A stretch of 63,741 nucleotides of DNA, the filler included, from Octopus bimaculoides (taxonomy: Eukaryota): the NCBI RefSeq assembly GCF_001194135.2. It is 7 parts of 7 records of this genome, joined end to end, with 100 filler letters (N's around TTAATTAATTAA, not from the genome) between each part and the next. Parts side by side here need not be neighbours in the genome. Positions count along the whole stretch, not along the records: positions 1 to 25,155 come from NC_068987.1; positions 25,256 to 36,068 come from NC_068983.1; 5 more parts are not named here. One strand, given 5' to 3'. The translations under genes were made by a program, and so were the position numbers. Under the pieces are notes generated by a model. That model was not told the origin of the DNA and searched no databases. It saw nothing but the letters and a program-made list of their open reading frames with translations. This document shows, one piece after another, positions 12,206 to 25,689 of the stretch. Position 1 is the first letter of the stretch; each line of letters starts with the position of its first letter.

Positions 12206-13064
12206 ACGGCTTGGCACTTGCATTCATTTTGAACTGGTTTATAAACGAGATCCAATTAACTCGATTCTATCATATCAGCAGAATGACATTATTCTTAAAA
12301 TTCAGGTGATTCACGACCCTTTATGTATCCTTAGTAAAAACTCATTTTACATGGAAGTCAACAAATGCCCAAAAGATTGCCGAGGCTATTTGAAAAGGAG
12401 GTGCAAGAAGATTCTGAAAATAAAATCCTTTTCTTTGCACTCGACATATCTGTTTCTACTTTTTTTTCAAATCAACTTAAGACTTAAAGAACACCGAGAA
12501 TAAACGATTATGTAAATATTTTCACGTGTAAATAATCGTGTGCACTTTATTTGTTTCTCTTAGGAATATGTCATTTGCACAATCAAAATACGAAATCGAG
12601 TATGTAACTGTAGCATAGAGCATCAAACATCCGACAGGTATAAACGTATTGGATAGCAATTTTATTTCTTACATGACATAACTTTTCAAGAGAAATCTAA
12701 TAGTGTTCTATTAAATCGATTAATGCCTTCATTAAACAGAATTTATTGCAACTTTTCAGCTTGGACAACGCCAGGTGTTCTGCTAGAGAGAGAGAGAGAA
12801 AGAGAGAGCAAGAGAGGGAGAAGAGAGAGGGGAAGAGAGAGGGGAAGAGAGGGAGAGAGAGTATGTGTGTACATCAATATACACATGCTCACACCCACAT
12901 CACTCATATAAGCAAGATTATTTCTTCATATCCAAAAGGTTTTGTGCTGTTGTCATTACTCTAGCGTACTCGTTCATGTGATCGAACTATTGTCTCAGTC
13001 TCACGGACGTGTGCGGTTCGCTAGTCTTTACCTTCTAGTTCTTCAACTGTGGGCTAAAACTATT

Positions 13065-13680
13065 AATTTTTCTACTATAAGCACAAGGCCTGGAATTTGT
13101 GGGGAGCAAGTAATCAATTAGTAGTACTTATCTTATCGACTACGAAGGATAAAGTCAACTTCGGCGGAATTTGGACAGCAAATGTAAAGCTAAACGAAAA
13201 GCCGCTTAGCCAATTCGTCGCCTTGGGATTGAAGATAACAATGGTTTCAAATTTTGTCACAAGGCCAGCAATTTCGACAGGTTAATCGATTACACTGGCC
13301 CCAGTGCTCAACTGGTACCTATTTTATCGACCTCGAAACGGTGAAAACAGAATCCACCTCGGTGGAATTTGATTTCAGAAAGTAAGGAGAAAGGAGGAAA
13401 TGCCGTTAAGAATTTTGTCCAGTGCGGTAACGATTCTGATAGCTTGTCGCTTTAATTCCGTCTTATATAGGTGGGTACAAAGCCTGAAATATTTGGGGAA
13501 GGGGCTGGCTGTTTACATCGAACCCACTGCTCAACAGGTACTTATTTTATCGACTCCAAAAGGATGAAAGACAAAACTGAGCTCGGTGGTATTTGAACTT
13601 AGAACGGAAAAAAATAGACGAAATGCAGCTAAGCATTTGTGTCCCGTGTGCTAATGATTCTGCAAGTTCACCGCGTTGGA
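13065..13680 (-). mobile_element. Three tandem same-orientation family-B SINEs
   Basis: The block GTACTTATTTTATCGAC...AAAGTCAAC/CCTCGGCGGAATTTGAACTCAGAACG occurs three times (~13065-13230, 13255-13455, 13470-13680). Confidence 0.8.
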
Positions 13681-14101
13681 GACAAAATTAATAATTAGAA
13701 CAATTCTAAGATGAAAGATCTGATTTCAGTGTTGGCCTTCACAGAAATAGTAGTCAAAATCTCCCTCCAATCATAATTTACTGTCTTAAAACAAACAGAT
13801 TAGATTAGAGAAAGTAGTTTTATATTACTATTAACTTTTACTTCTTTTACCCGAGGGTTTAGCAGTATTCTATCGGTCTCTTTCCTCGAACCGTTCTAAT
13901 ACAGGGCACTTACATGATTGGCTTCCACACACATATCTTATGCGATATGCTTCCAGACACCTTGCGTTAAACCAAATTCATTGATAAGGCGATTGTCGAC
14001 TCTGGGCTATAGTACAATGTACTTGCCCAATGTACATCTCAGTGTGACTGAAACTCAAAATTAAGTGTTTGGAAACTGAGATGCTTAATCTACAGCCATG
14101 C

Positions 14102-14152
<51 letters not shown>

Positions 14153-14220
14153 NNNNNNNNNNNNNNNNNNNNNNNNNNNNNNNNNNNNNNNNNNNNNNNN
14201 NNNNNNNNNNNNNNNNNNNN

Positions 14221-14265
<45 letters not shown>

Positions 14266-14420
14266 ATGTATATATATGATTTGTTTATGGTAACGTTTTG
14301 AATATGCAAATGAAGCTCCTATTCCATTATGCTGACTCCAGTCAAATGATGCTGACTGGTGAACCAGTTCTCGAGCAGGCATCAGGTTATATCGATAAAA
14401 TGTATGATAAATATAACAAC

Positions 14421-14862
14421 AATAATAATAATCCTCTGATGGAATTTATTAAAATTTAATGCATCGTTACGTGCGTTTCCACAAATCACATGACTTTTAA
14501 GGTCAAAGCCCCGTATTACTGGGATGATTATAGCGTGGTCCGTAGTATCCGTGGGCATCCGGTTGATTATCATCCTTGATATAACATTAGTGGATGGACC
14601 ACAATTCGATTGACCTTCATAACTCGATTGATCTTCATATTGGTAAAAAGGTAAAAACATACCTCTGTAGTTCATCCACTGATGTTATATCGCCTGAAGA
14701 TATGAATCAATGATGATAATCAACCGGATGCCCAAGGGTACTACGGATTACACTGTAATCATTCCAGTAATACGGACAGTGATATTAAAAGTCACGTGAT
14801 CTGTGGAAACGCGCGTAGCGATGTATTAAATGTTTATATATTCCATCCTAGGATTATTGTTA
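14421..14862. repeat. Foldback element with ~170-bp inverted arms
   Basis: 14421-14595 is the diverged reverse complement of 14675-14862 (e.g. CATCCGGTTGATTATCATC vs GATGATAATCAACCGGATG; GATATAACATTAGTGGA vs TCCACTGATGTTATATC). The spacer is ~80 bp. Confidence 0.9.
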
Positions 14863-14879
14863 TAAGATATATACTATTT

Positions 14880-14935
<56 letters not shown>

Positions 14936-15532
14936 ATTATTATTGTTATTATTGTTGTTGTTGTTGTTGTTGTTGTCGTTGTTACTGTTGTTGTTGTTGT
15001 TGTTGTTAATATTATAACAGGGAAAAATCCCAGAAGACGGAAACGGTTTCTATTTCATTTATCAGAGCTCTGTTTCATCAGTTTGGCCTACAGCCAAAGA
15101 ACGGCATAAATCTATCAACAAGCAACGTTAGATTCACCATTGTTATATAATGTTATAATATACCAAAGCAGTCTTTCGAATTGTATAAATATAACTATTG
15201 TAATCGCAGAACGATCAGACAGACAAACATGCAAGCGCCCACACAATCTGACAAACATGCATTTAACCTCGCACGCACGCATGCGCCACGCACTCTTACT
15301 ATTGTAATAGCTATAGTTATAATAGACATGAAACATATACACGTATGATGTACGAAGATGTGTGTGTGTGTTGCGTGTGCGTATATGCAAAGAGACCTTC
15401 ATACACATTCAAGATACACAGACACACACGCATACACACAAACATAAACAGTAGTGGAGCATACATACTTGTGTACTAAAGTGATATGCAAACACACTAC
15501 ATATGTACAAGTTCCTCCATACACACATATGG

Positions 15533-15598
<66 letters not shown>

Positions 15599-15974
15599 CT
15601 GTAAATACGAACCAGTTCAGAAGATCACAACCTTAAAAACTATCTCGACTAAAAACAAAAGCGCTTTACATTGTGATAGGCTTGAACTCCCCAAAAAGAA
15701 TTCCACTCCCTCCAAAAGACACAGACACAAACACACGCGCAATACATATATACATACATTCGTAAATACATATGCACACACATACATGTGCACCTTCATA
15801 CAAACGTACATACTTTTGTACTACGTACGCACGTACATACATACATTTACACATACATACATTTACACATACATACATAACTACTTTTGCCAACTTTGAA
15901 CACACATGCAGCAAAACTAGTGTTAAATTTTGAAAGAGAAGAGAGAGAGAGAGAGGGAGAAAGAGGAAGAGAGC

Positions 15975-16028
<54 letters not shown>

Positions 16029-16399
16029 TAAATATGTAGATAGATGGTTAAGCGATAATTGGCTTCGTAGATACATGGATACATATGTGGGAAGTTAGAC
16101 AAACGCATAGTTTGCTAGGTAGATAGATGCAGAAACAAATAAGTGTTTAGTCGCATAAATATGCTGGTAGATATATAGAAACACATGGTAAACCGATAGG
16201 CAGATGGAAAGATACCTAAACTAAACGGTAGCAAGATGTACTCCAATGATATACTTCATATATACAATATGTGTGTGTATATCCATGTATATATAAAATA
16301 TGATGTTATTTCAAATGTTTTATTTTATAACATACTATAGAAAAATAAAAGTAGAGTCGTCACTTTTACCTTTTATTATTCTATGGAGTTTGAACCCGG

Positions 16400-16500
16400 T
16401 ATCGTCGTTCCTCTTGTCAACATCCAAGCCAAAATTATCTGTCATAAATTTAGAGGATGTCGATTGTGCAAAACGTTCCACTTATGATGTAAAATTTATG
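16400..16500 (+). pseudogene. Possible cadherin linker relic
   Basis: ORF 16300-16518 contains PVSS...SVINLEDVDCAKRSTYDVKF, resembling PxLSS...VxIxLxDVNDxAPxFxxSTYxVxV. Confidence 0.35.
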
Positions 16501-16559
16501 TCTTATTGCATAATATAAGTACACAATTTTAACATTCGACTTTAGACTTAACCGATATC

Positions 16560-16760
16560 TCGCTGATTCCTTACTCTGCATCAAGTCGACGTACGATCTT
16601 CTGTATCTTCTTGTGCAAGTTCAATGAGCTTTTCTTGGAATTTTTATTGGGGAATACAAAGGTGGTTCCCGTTGTTCTGTAGGAAGATGTTTTTGTAAGC
16701 CACCATCGTGTTGGTTAGATAAAAACAAGTCTGCCACACCTGCATGGGCATCTATGACAT
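16560..16760 (-). mobile_element. Possible hAT (Charlie-like) transposase relic
   Basis: Minus frame reads ...KFQEKLIELAQED..., resembling the QExLIELxxD motif before the hAT dimerisation domain. Short and degenerate. Confidence 0.25.
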
Positions 16761-16932
16761 AAAGTGCTAGAAAAAAATACCACAAATTTCCCGCCGTAGA
16801 CTTGTTTTTAATTTATCACCTCCAGAACTAAAATTTAGTATTTTATTTTATTAACTACCGCAGGGTGAACAGCAAACTTCTCTGCTGAGAGATTTGATCT
16901 CTGAACAATTTCTTTAAAGTATCTTGTCTAAC

Positions 16933-17184
16933 CACGGAGGCGCGTGACTTAGTTGTTAGGATGTCAGTACCATGATCGTAAGATTGTGGTTTCGATTCCT
17001 GGACCGGGCGACGCGTTGTGTTCTTGAGCAAAACACTTCATTTCACGTTGCTCAGCTGGCAAAAATGAGTAACGCTGCGATGGACTGGCTTCCTGTCCAG
17101 CTGCGGAATACATACGCCATTGAAACCGGGAAACCGGGCCCATGAGCCTGGCTAGGCTTTAAAAGTGCGCAATTATTATATTAA
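16933..17184 (+). mobile_element. tRNA-derived SINE (family D) with perfect 12-bp TSD
   Basis: Head GGAGGCGCGTGACTTAGTTGTTAGG with B-box GGTTTCGATTCC. ATCTTGTCTAAC occurs at both 16921-16932 and 17185-17196. Confidence 0.9.
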
Positions 17185-17749
17185 ATCTTGTCTAACTTCT
17201 TAATAACTACGCCAGTTACCCGACCTATTCTGGTACTTTGTATTTTGTTTCATCGACCATGGAAGGAAATAAAACAAAATTGGTCTCTACGGATTTGAAC
17301 TCAGGACCGGAAGAACCGGAACAAATGCCACAAAATATTTTGTCTGATGCTCTAATGGTTCTGCCAGTTCGTTACTTTCACTTAACTGTTAGCATGAAAA
17401 TAAAAACCTATGACAAAATTAGCAAATTTGACAGCTACTTTTGTAAAGAACTGGCATTTTGTTATTGTTTTCTTGGCTTGGATACAAAATGCCATTTCAT
17501 TATCTTTAAATTCCCAACAGAAAAGAATATCTAACTTTCACGCTACAATATTCCGAGATGGAATATGATAACGTATGATTGAGATACGAGACAATGCATT
17601 AAAATTTGTCAGCGAGTAAAACGTCATTATCGATATAATTTTCATTTCAATCACGGTGGTTGCTTCAGTAATGTCAGATATCTCTACATTGACTCTTTTA
17701 TTTCGAGTTTCGGCGCCGTTGTCTATTTTTGGGCTCCTAAAATTATTTC

Positions 17750-18110
17750 TTCTTATCAACAACTTCAGATTCTTCCCTGCAGATAGAAGAGTATTACATA
17801 ACAAACTAATAGTAGTTAAATCGATTTGGATATATATGTAGGAGGAATAATTACTTTCGTAAAGAACAGTTCTGGGAGCATTCCATGTAAAACTTTTCAC
17901 ATGTCTAGAGTTCTAATACACGTGGTATTCACTTCATGGATAATTATACTTGATATATTTAGTGTTATCTAGTGACAACCACATTTGATTACGAATTAGA
18001 AAAGTTTACTAATACCAAGAGAGGAAACGAATGGATGGTGGGCATTTCCGAAGATAACTTAAATAGAAAATGCCAAACATTATGACAAATAAAATACTTC
18101 AATGATCACA
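17750..18110 (+). pseudogene. Decayed cadherin repeat, nearly complete motif order
   Basis: INN..FP...LIVVKS / DLDIYVGGIITF / TTTFDYELEK / MDGG / NDH appear in canonical order with roughly canonical spacing. Several frameshifts. Confidence 0.45.
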
Positions 18111-18254
18111 TGATAATCAGAGCATGTGTAAGACAAACGTTATCCATATTTATGGATTGAGCTCGAAATTAATGAAGATTAGAACTCAAATAATAGAATG
18201 CAAATTATTTTTCGCCATCCGGTGAGATGAAGTAAATAAAAACTGACGTAGAAA

Positions 18255-18420
18255 CAGTGGCTGTGTGGTTAAGAAGCTTGCTCTTCATCCACGAGGTTTC
18301 GCTTTCATTCCTACTGCACGTCACCTTGGGCAAGTCTCTTCTGCTATAGCCGCGCGCCGGCCAATGCTTCGTGAGTGGATTTGGTAGACGAACACTGAAT
18401 GCAATCCCGTCGTGCGTGTC
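18255..18420 (+). mobile_element. Family-A SINE 5' half running into a (TG)n array and gap
   Basis: GTGGCTGTGTGGTTAAGAAGCTTGCT...GTGAGTGGATTTGGTAGACG. Confidence 0.85.
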
Positions 18421-18495
18421 TGTGTTGTATGTGTATATATTCATCATATATACACGCACATGTGTGTGTGTGTGTGTATATATAATCATATATAC

Positions 18496-18549
<54 letters not shown>

Positions 18550-18865
18550 NNNNNNNNNNNNNNNNNNNNNNNNNNNNNNNNNNNNNNNNNNNNNNNNNNN
18601 NNNNNNNNNNNNNNNNNNNNNNNNNNNNNNNNNNNNNNNNNNNNNNNNNNNNNNNNNNNNNNNNNNNNNNNNNNNNNNNNNNNNNNNNNNNNNNNNNNNN
18701 NNNNNNNNNNNNNNNNNNNNNNNNNNNNNNNNNNNNNNNNNNNNNNNNNNNNNNNNNNNNNNNNNNNNNNNNNNNNNNNNNNNNNNNNNNNNNNNNNNNN
18801 NNNNNNNNNNNNNNNNNNNNNNNNNNNNNNNNNNNNNNNNNNNNNNNNNNNNNNNNNNNNNNNNN

Positions 18866-18900
<35 letters not shown>

Positions 18901-19217
18901 AATAAGTTAAGTTTATGGAGACAATATCTATATATCGCCTGAGGAAACACATCTAGATCACATAATGCAGGGAAACGGTTATATAACCAAATACCTGCAA
19001 ACTTGGAGAACTGATTGTACTGATTGCAATTAAATGTCCAACACTATTCTTTTCTGTTGATTCCAACTTATTCATTTATCATTTCACACACTACAGAGAC
19101 CCAAACACAAATCTGGCAGCAGGTATAATACAAATACTGGGTACCATCGGGTGAAATCTGAAGGTGGACAAGCTTTATACTGTACTCTACTGCGTCCTTA
19201 ACAGAGTACAACGTAAC

Positions 19218-19254
<37 letters not shown>

Positions 19255-19581
19255 ACACATACATATACACACGCACACACATATATATGCACACATACGT
19301 ATATATATATATGTGTGTGTGTGCGTGTGTGTGTGTGTGTTGTGTGTGTGTATGTGTGTTCCTATTTCCCAGCTTGTGATACGAACCCAGCACTCTGTGG
19401 CCTTCAAGAATTTATGAGTAGAAATCATATCCCGGTGCCAACTTGAGAACTGGCGCCATCATCAAATCATTCTATAGGTCACAGTACATCATTTTTCCAT
19501 AAAGTGCTTATGGAATATTTCATCAGTTTGACATTTCGACACACGAAACCCATTTTGAACGCTTCTAATGTTTTGATCCAA

Positions 19582-19638
<57 letters not shown>

Positions 19639-20208
19639 CATCATTATTATTATTATTGTTGTTGTTGTTGTTGTTATTATTCAAGCATTTCGTGAAGACA
19701 TTTAATCATTTATGATTTAGCAATTATTGCTAGCCAGACAATCGCTTCGTTTTCTGTTTGATGTCGAAATAACAACGATTTGGTGATTGTATTAACGTAT
19801 GTTTATTTAAAATGCACGGAATTTGTTTTTGGAGCGCGTGGTTTGGCGGTTGTTTGGGCGGGAAACTGCTGCAAGCTATATCATCATTAAACGCCTATGA
19901 TTACAAAACGGAAATAGCACGCCAAAATTAACCATCAGCATCAGAATCACTATTACGATTATCATCATATCTATCATCGTCACCCTCCCTGCCACGCTCA
20001 TACCCACCTCATTATCACCTACAAATATTCAAGGAAGAAAATCTCGGATAACAATATCATCATTGTTAATAATATACGACATAATATGTGAAGCCCTCTC
20101 CTTTATTTTTATGTATGCATCATAATGCATCACTCACAGACACACACGTTCACACATACATAGGTTTCTGTGCTTGTGTGATCGCGTATATACACACACA
20201 CACACACA

Positions 20209-20247
<39 letters not shown>

Positions 20248-20457
20248 NNNNNNNNNNNNNNNNNNNNNNNNNNNNNNNNNNNNNNNNNNNNNNNNNNNNN
20301 NNNNNNNNNNNNNNNNNNNNNNNNNNNNNNNNNNNNNNNNNNNNNNNNNNNNNNNNNNNNNNNNNNNNNNNNNNNNNNNNNNNNNNNNNNNNNNNNNNNN
20401 NNNNNNNNNNNNNNNNNNNNNNNNNNNNNNNNNNNNNNNNNNNNNNNNNNNNNNNNN

Positions 20458-20506
<49 letters not shown>

Positions 20507-20657
20507 ACACACACGCAGACACACACAAACACACACACACACACACAAACAGACCACGCACACACACACGCACACAAACATACATATATGCATATATATC
20601 TTCATATGTTTAATATATATGTATAATATATATAAGCGTATACATATATATATTGTA

Positions 20658-20718
<61 letters not shown>

Positions 20719-21983
20719 GTACGAGCGTGCGTGCGTGTATGAGTGTTTGTGTGTGAGTTTTGACAGAAAGAACGAATATATGGAAATATGTATACATATA
20801 TTGGAATGTGTGCGTGTGAGTGTGTGGGCTTATGTAAGTGCGTGTATGTGTGCAAGCGCGTTTGTATATGGGCGTATATTCTTATGTGTGCGCGTTTGTC
20901 ATGTCAGTGCTCGTCTATAGATACATCCTACTGATTTCTGACAAATGATAAATGTACATAAAGATCAAAATGTGGAGAAAAATAATACTTGGAACGTTGA
21001 CATTAATTTCATATGGAAATCAGTTGTAACCAGTTTAGTACACCTTAAGTAGTAGACAACTCGTATACAGACAGCTCTGTGTGTTTACCGCTGAGATAAA
21101 TATTTCCTGAACATTACATTTGGATATACTAGGTGTGTGCGAGTATACACACGCACATACACAAACGAACATACGCGCACACACACACACACACACACAC
21201 ACATATGCACGAACATGTACATATACACTGCATGTAGTCATACATGCAGTGTATATACGGTCATATACATATGTGTGCGTGCATCCATTCATACATTATA
21301 TATATATATATATATATATATATANNNNNNNNNNNNNNNNNNNNNNNNNNNNNNNNNNNNNNNNNNNNNNNNNNNNNNNNNNNNNNNNNNNNNNNNNNNN
21401 NNNNNNNNNNNNNNNNNNNNNNNNNNNNNNNNNNNNNNNNNNNNNNNNNNNNNNNNNNNNNNNNNNNNNNNNNNNNNNNNNNNNNNNNNNNNNNNNNNNN
21501 NNNNNNNNNNNNNNNNNNNNNNNNNNNNNNNNNNNNNNNNNNNNNNNNNNNNNNNNNNNNNNNNNNNNNNNNNNNNNNNNNNNNNNNNNNNNNNNNNNNN
21601 NNNNNNNNNNNNNNNNNNNNNNNNNNNNNNNNNNNNNNNNNNNNNNNNNNNNNNNNNNNNNNNNNNNNNNNNNNNNNNNNNNNNNNNNNNNNNNNNNNNN
21701 NNNNNNNNNNNNNNNNNNNNNNNNNNNNNNNNNNNNNNNNNNNNNNNNNNNNNNNNNNNNNNNNNNNNNNNNNNNNNNNNNNNNNNNNNNNNNNNNNNNN
21801 NNNNNNNNNNNNNNNNNNNNNNNNNNNNNNNNNNNNNNNNNNNNNNNNNNNNNNNNNNNNNNNNNNNNNNNNNNNNNNNNNNNNNNNNNNNNNNNNNNNN
21901 NNNNNNNNNNNNNNNNNNNNNNNNNNNNNNNNNNNNNNNNNNNNNNNNNNNNNNNNNNNNNNNNNNNNNNNNNNNNNNNNNNN

Positions 21984-22032
<49 letters not shown>

Positions 22033-22185
22033 ATATGTATGTGTATATATATGTATTTGTATATGTATATATATATATATACACACACATATATATATAT
22101 ACTTACGTATGTATGTATGTATGCATGTATGTATGTATATTTGTTATTTAGCAACAGAAGCAGTATTAGTTCTGTGAAGAATAAT

Positions 22186-22440
22186 AGAGGCAGATGGTTT
22201 AGTGGTTAACGTGTTGGACTCATGATAATAAGATTGTGGTTTCGATTCCTGATTGGGCGACCCGTTGTACTCCTGAGCAAAGTACTTCATTTCTCGTTGC
22301 TCCAGTCCCCTCAGCTAGCAAAAACGAGTATCCTACGACAGAACGGCGTCCCGTCCACATGGGGAATATCTATGCCATCGATACCGGGAAACCGACTCTC
22401 ATGATCCTGGTATGGCTCGAGTAGGAAATATTACAAATAA
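22186..22440 (+). mobile_element. Family-D SINE
   Basis: A-box-like TGGTTTAGTGG and B-box GGTTTCGATTCC; body similar to 16933-17184. Confidence 0.8.
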
Positions 22441-22735
22441 ATATATAATACTTGACGTTGATATACTGTAAGAAAGCTCCAATACTACGGTATTCGTCTT
22501 AAGAAGGCATCCTGTATAGTCGTACATAGCTAAAAAGGCACAGATATATCATTGGTAGATGCGAGGTGTCCAGCAGCGACGGTGGAATAGCTAGATTCCA
22601 GGATTTCTGTGTATTTGCACGTCATCGGTAGCAAGGGTTATTTTGCACTATACGTGTATATGCCTTGTTTTCCCAAGATGTATACCGTACTATCACAGCT
22701 TTCTTACAGTATATTCATGGTAAGATATTCAAATT

Positions 22736-22784
<49 letters not shown>

Positions 22785-25279
22785 GTGTGTGTGAGTGAGT
22801 GTGTGTGTGTGTGTATGTGTGTGTGTGCATATGTGTGTAATATTATGTATGTATATAAACTCCCAGTTCAATATACTCAAGCACACACAAATGTCGCATA
22901 CTATGTGATTGCCTGAGTTGCTAGAAATAGAAAACCAGATACCTCTATGAAATACACCCTACTGTTTCGAAAACTAAGGGTTACATTAGATAATGTAACC
23001 CTAGATATGCAATGTCTGAGAGAATGTCTTGATGAGCAGCCTTTGATTGTATGTGTAATTAGTAAGGGCTGACTTAAGTTTAATCAAGAACAAGTAGAAG
23101 AAGAACCCCAACTCACATTGGAGCATGCACAGACGGATATATATGGAAAGGTAGAGATATGGTCGTTGTGGTGTAGCTCACTTGGTGAAAGTAACCATTA
23201 ATTCGCCTCTTCTTTTCTGAATCACCAATCTCCTCAAGGTACCATGTTAGCATTGATTCTATCGTCACCATTCTTGAGTTGAATGGTGGCGATAGGAAAT
23301 ATGTTTCAAATACCAATTAAAATCAAACATTAAAATCTATTGCGGAATATCTTTTTATTTTCGTCTATTTAAAATCTGTTTAAAATCTCACACTCTCCAT
23401 TCAGAATTAAGATTGTAGTTGTTTCATCTTTTAATAAATGATTTTGAAGTGGCGTCTAACAATACACACGATGCAATTAATTGAACCTTTGAACCTTTGT
23501 CAGCCAATACCCGCTGGAAAGCTATGAACAGGGAGGAAATTGCAGAGGCCCGAAGGTAGTAAAAATAGTGATTGGTATTGGACGAGGGTGGATAGGACAC
23601 AGCGAAGGTGATGAGGAGGGACGTGAAAGAAAAGGTATGCTTTCAGCCATTATAGTAGTGGGGAAAAAAGCAGAAAGAGAGAGAGAGAGAGAGAGAGTGT
23701 GTGTAAGAGAGGAGATAAGATCCTGTTGAAGAATATCAGGGATCTACAAGTAGTGAATGTTTAAACATTTCAGCAACGTTTGAATATTCTAGTGAGTAGG
23801 TTCTCGTAAACTTACATCACAACACGAGACACGTATGGAAACAACTGAAATATACTTCCTCATTCAACAATTACTTATCGGAGACTGAAGACTGTAGCAG
23901 CATTGATCGTGATGCGTCAGAATGGCTCCGACATTGACTGAAACTAGTAAAAGTATAAAAGAATAAAAGAATGTTCAACACAAGGATTTGCAATTTTAAT
24001 CCATAAATAAGTGTGAGAATTAACAATCCAGTATGTTTAAAATTTGGAGAGAAAAGGAAGTGCCACTCTCACCGGATATCTAACAGAGAAGCTCTGACCA
24101 AATGTACAGCGTACACAGAGGACATAACTTGGTAAAACTGGCATCCAAAAGCGGCTTTTCTTACATCGCCTTTCTTACAGAACAACAGTTCTTTAGAAAC
24201 TGGAAGAAATGTGAAAGTAGAACGTTTTACTTCTATTGAAAAGAAATGGATGTTGGCTTTCTAGTGCCGACGCCATTAACAAGACCCTTAATAAAAGAAT
24301 AATTCTTGGATAATGGATTTCAGAAGAAGGAAAAAAATAAACGTCTTTTTCGTCTCACAAGAGAGACACTTCACTTCACATCTGTTAATAATTACTTTGC
24401 ATGAGTCTCTCAATAGAATCACTTACCTTCTTTGGCAGAATAATTCTTCAGAATTGGCACTTTACATCCAACTACAAGCAACATTAGCAATTTTAAAAGT
24501 ATCGCTATTATTTAAAGATTCTTGTATTCGAATCGAGACACACGCACGTAAATATACATACACGCGCAGAAATACACACACGTACAAAAATGCATACAAC
24601 AACGTAAATACACACACAACCACACACACACACACAAACACGCTGACAACCTCAAATACACAAAACACATATGCGCGCATACGTACACATACGCGCGCAT
24701 ACGCAAACAAAGAGAAATAGATGTTCTTATATGAATGAATGCCAAAGAACATATGCATGTACATACCGTTGTATAGTTATCGCTATATATCTATGTAAGT
24801 ATGTATCGTTCCAGCGCGATTTATTCCTATGTAATGCTTAGCTTCACATCTGTTAGCATGTACACGCGGCGTGTACACGGTTACAGTATGTGCATGTATG
24901 TGTTTAGGGGTGTATGCGGACATACCTTTTTAGTTTTATCATAATTTAGATTTTAAATTTATGCATATTTAGAAGAGTCTAAGTGTGGCCTTCTTTTTCT
25001 AACGTATGTTTATGCAACTGTGTGTATGTTAATGCGTGCATGTACGTGCGTGTGTGCGAATGAGTGAGTGATGTATATGGCCATATACACAAAATTGTGA
25101 AATTTTATACGTGAATATTTAGAGATGTGCATATATATATATATATATATATATANNNNNNNNNNNNNNNNNNNNNNNNNNNNNNNNNNNNNNNNNNNNT
25201 TAATTAATTAANNNNNNNNNNNNNNNNNNNNNNNNNNNNNNNNNNNNNNNNNNNNCACACACACACACACACACACACA

Positions 25280-25430
25280 CACGACGCTCTTCGTTCCGTT
25301 TCTCCCTACTTACATCACTCCCAAGTCTTTGGTTGGGTCGAGGCTATAATTAAAAGTCATGTATCCTGGTTACCACGCAGTAGTCCGAAACCAAAACTAT
25401 GTGATTGAGAATCTATCAACTCCTGCGCTT
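25280..25430 (-). mobile_element. Family-A SINE 5' half, diverged
   Basis: Reverse complement of the family-A head and body (CCAAGTCTTTGGTTGGGTCGAGGCTATA...). Confidence 0.65.
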
Positions 25431-25475
25431 ATATATATATATATGTGTATGTATGTATGTACGTATGTATGTGTG

Positions 25476-25509
<34 letters not shown>

Positions 25510-25689
25510 TGTATGTATGTATGTATGTATTTATGTATGTATGTTCTTTTATTCTTTAATGCGTTTCAACCCGTAATCTGTGACCATGCTGGTTACTGCC
25601 AGTATTATTCCCTTTTCAATGGCCATCCTTATGTAATTGGCTTTTTGTGGAGGAGGGAGTTCGACATTGCTGCTCTCTTTTGAGTTTGT

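Noticed and set aside
17538-17900. 120-aa minus-strand ORF with DNG...VNVEISD resembling a cadherin end
   Set aside because: The overlapping + strand gives a more complete ordered motif set; both cannot be real, so the minus reading is treated as chance.
22977-23004. 12-bp perfect hairpin ending in CTAG, resembling a Helitron 3' end
   Set aside because: CTAG overlaps the stem rather than lying ~10 nt downstream, the hairpin is upstream of the Helitron ORF, and the flanking sequence resembles another short repeat (~13730-13810).
23100-23290. SPQGTMLALI and similar weak cadherin-like words (also EDYIGHN at ~48290)
   Set aside because: Single short words without supporting neighbouring motifs; not counted as features.
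25156-25255. TTAATTAATTAA centred in 100-bp N blocks (also at ~36113, 56729, 58193, 59700, 62373), superficially a regularly recurring motif
   Set aside because: It always sits in the middle of a fixed-length gap and has stops in all six frames, so it is an artificial scaffolding spacer.
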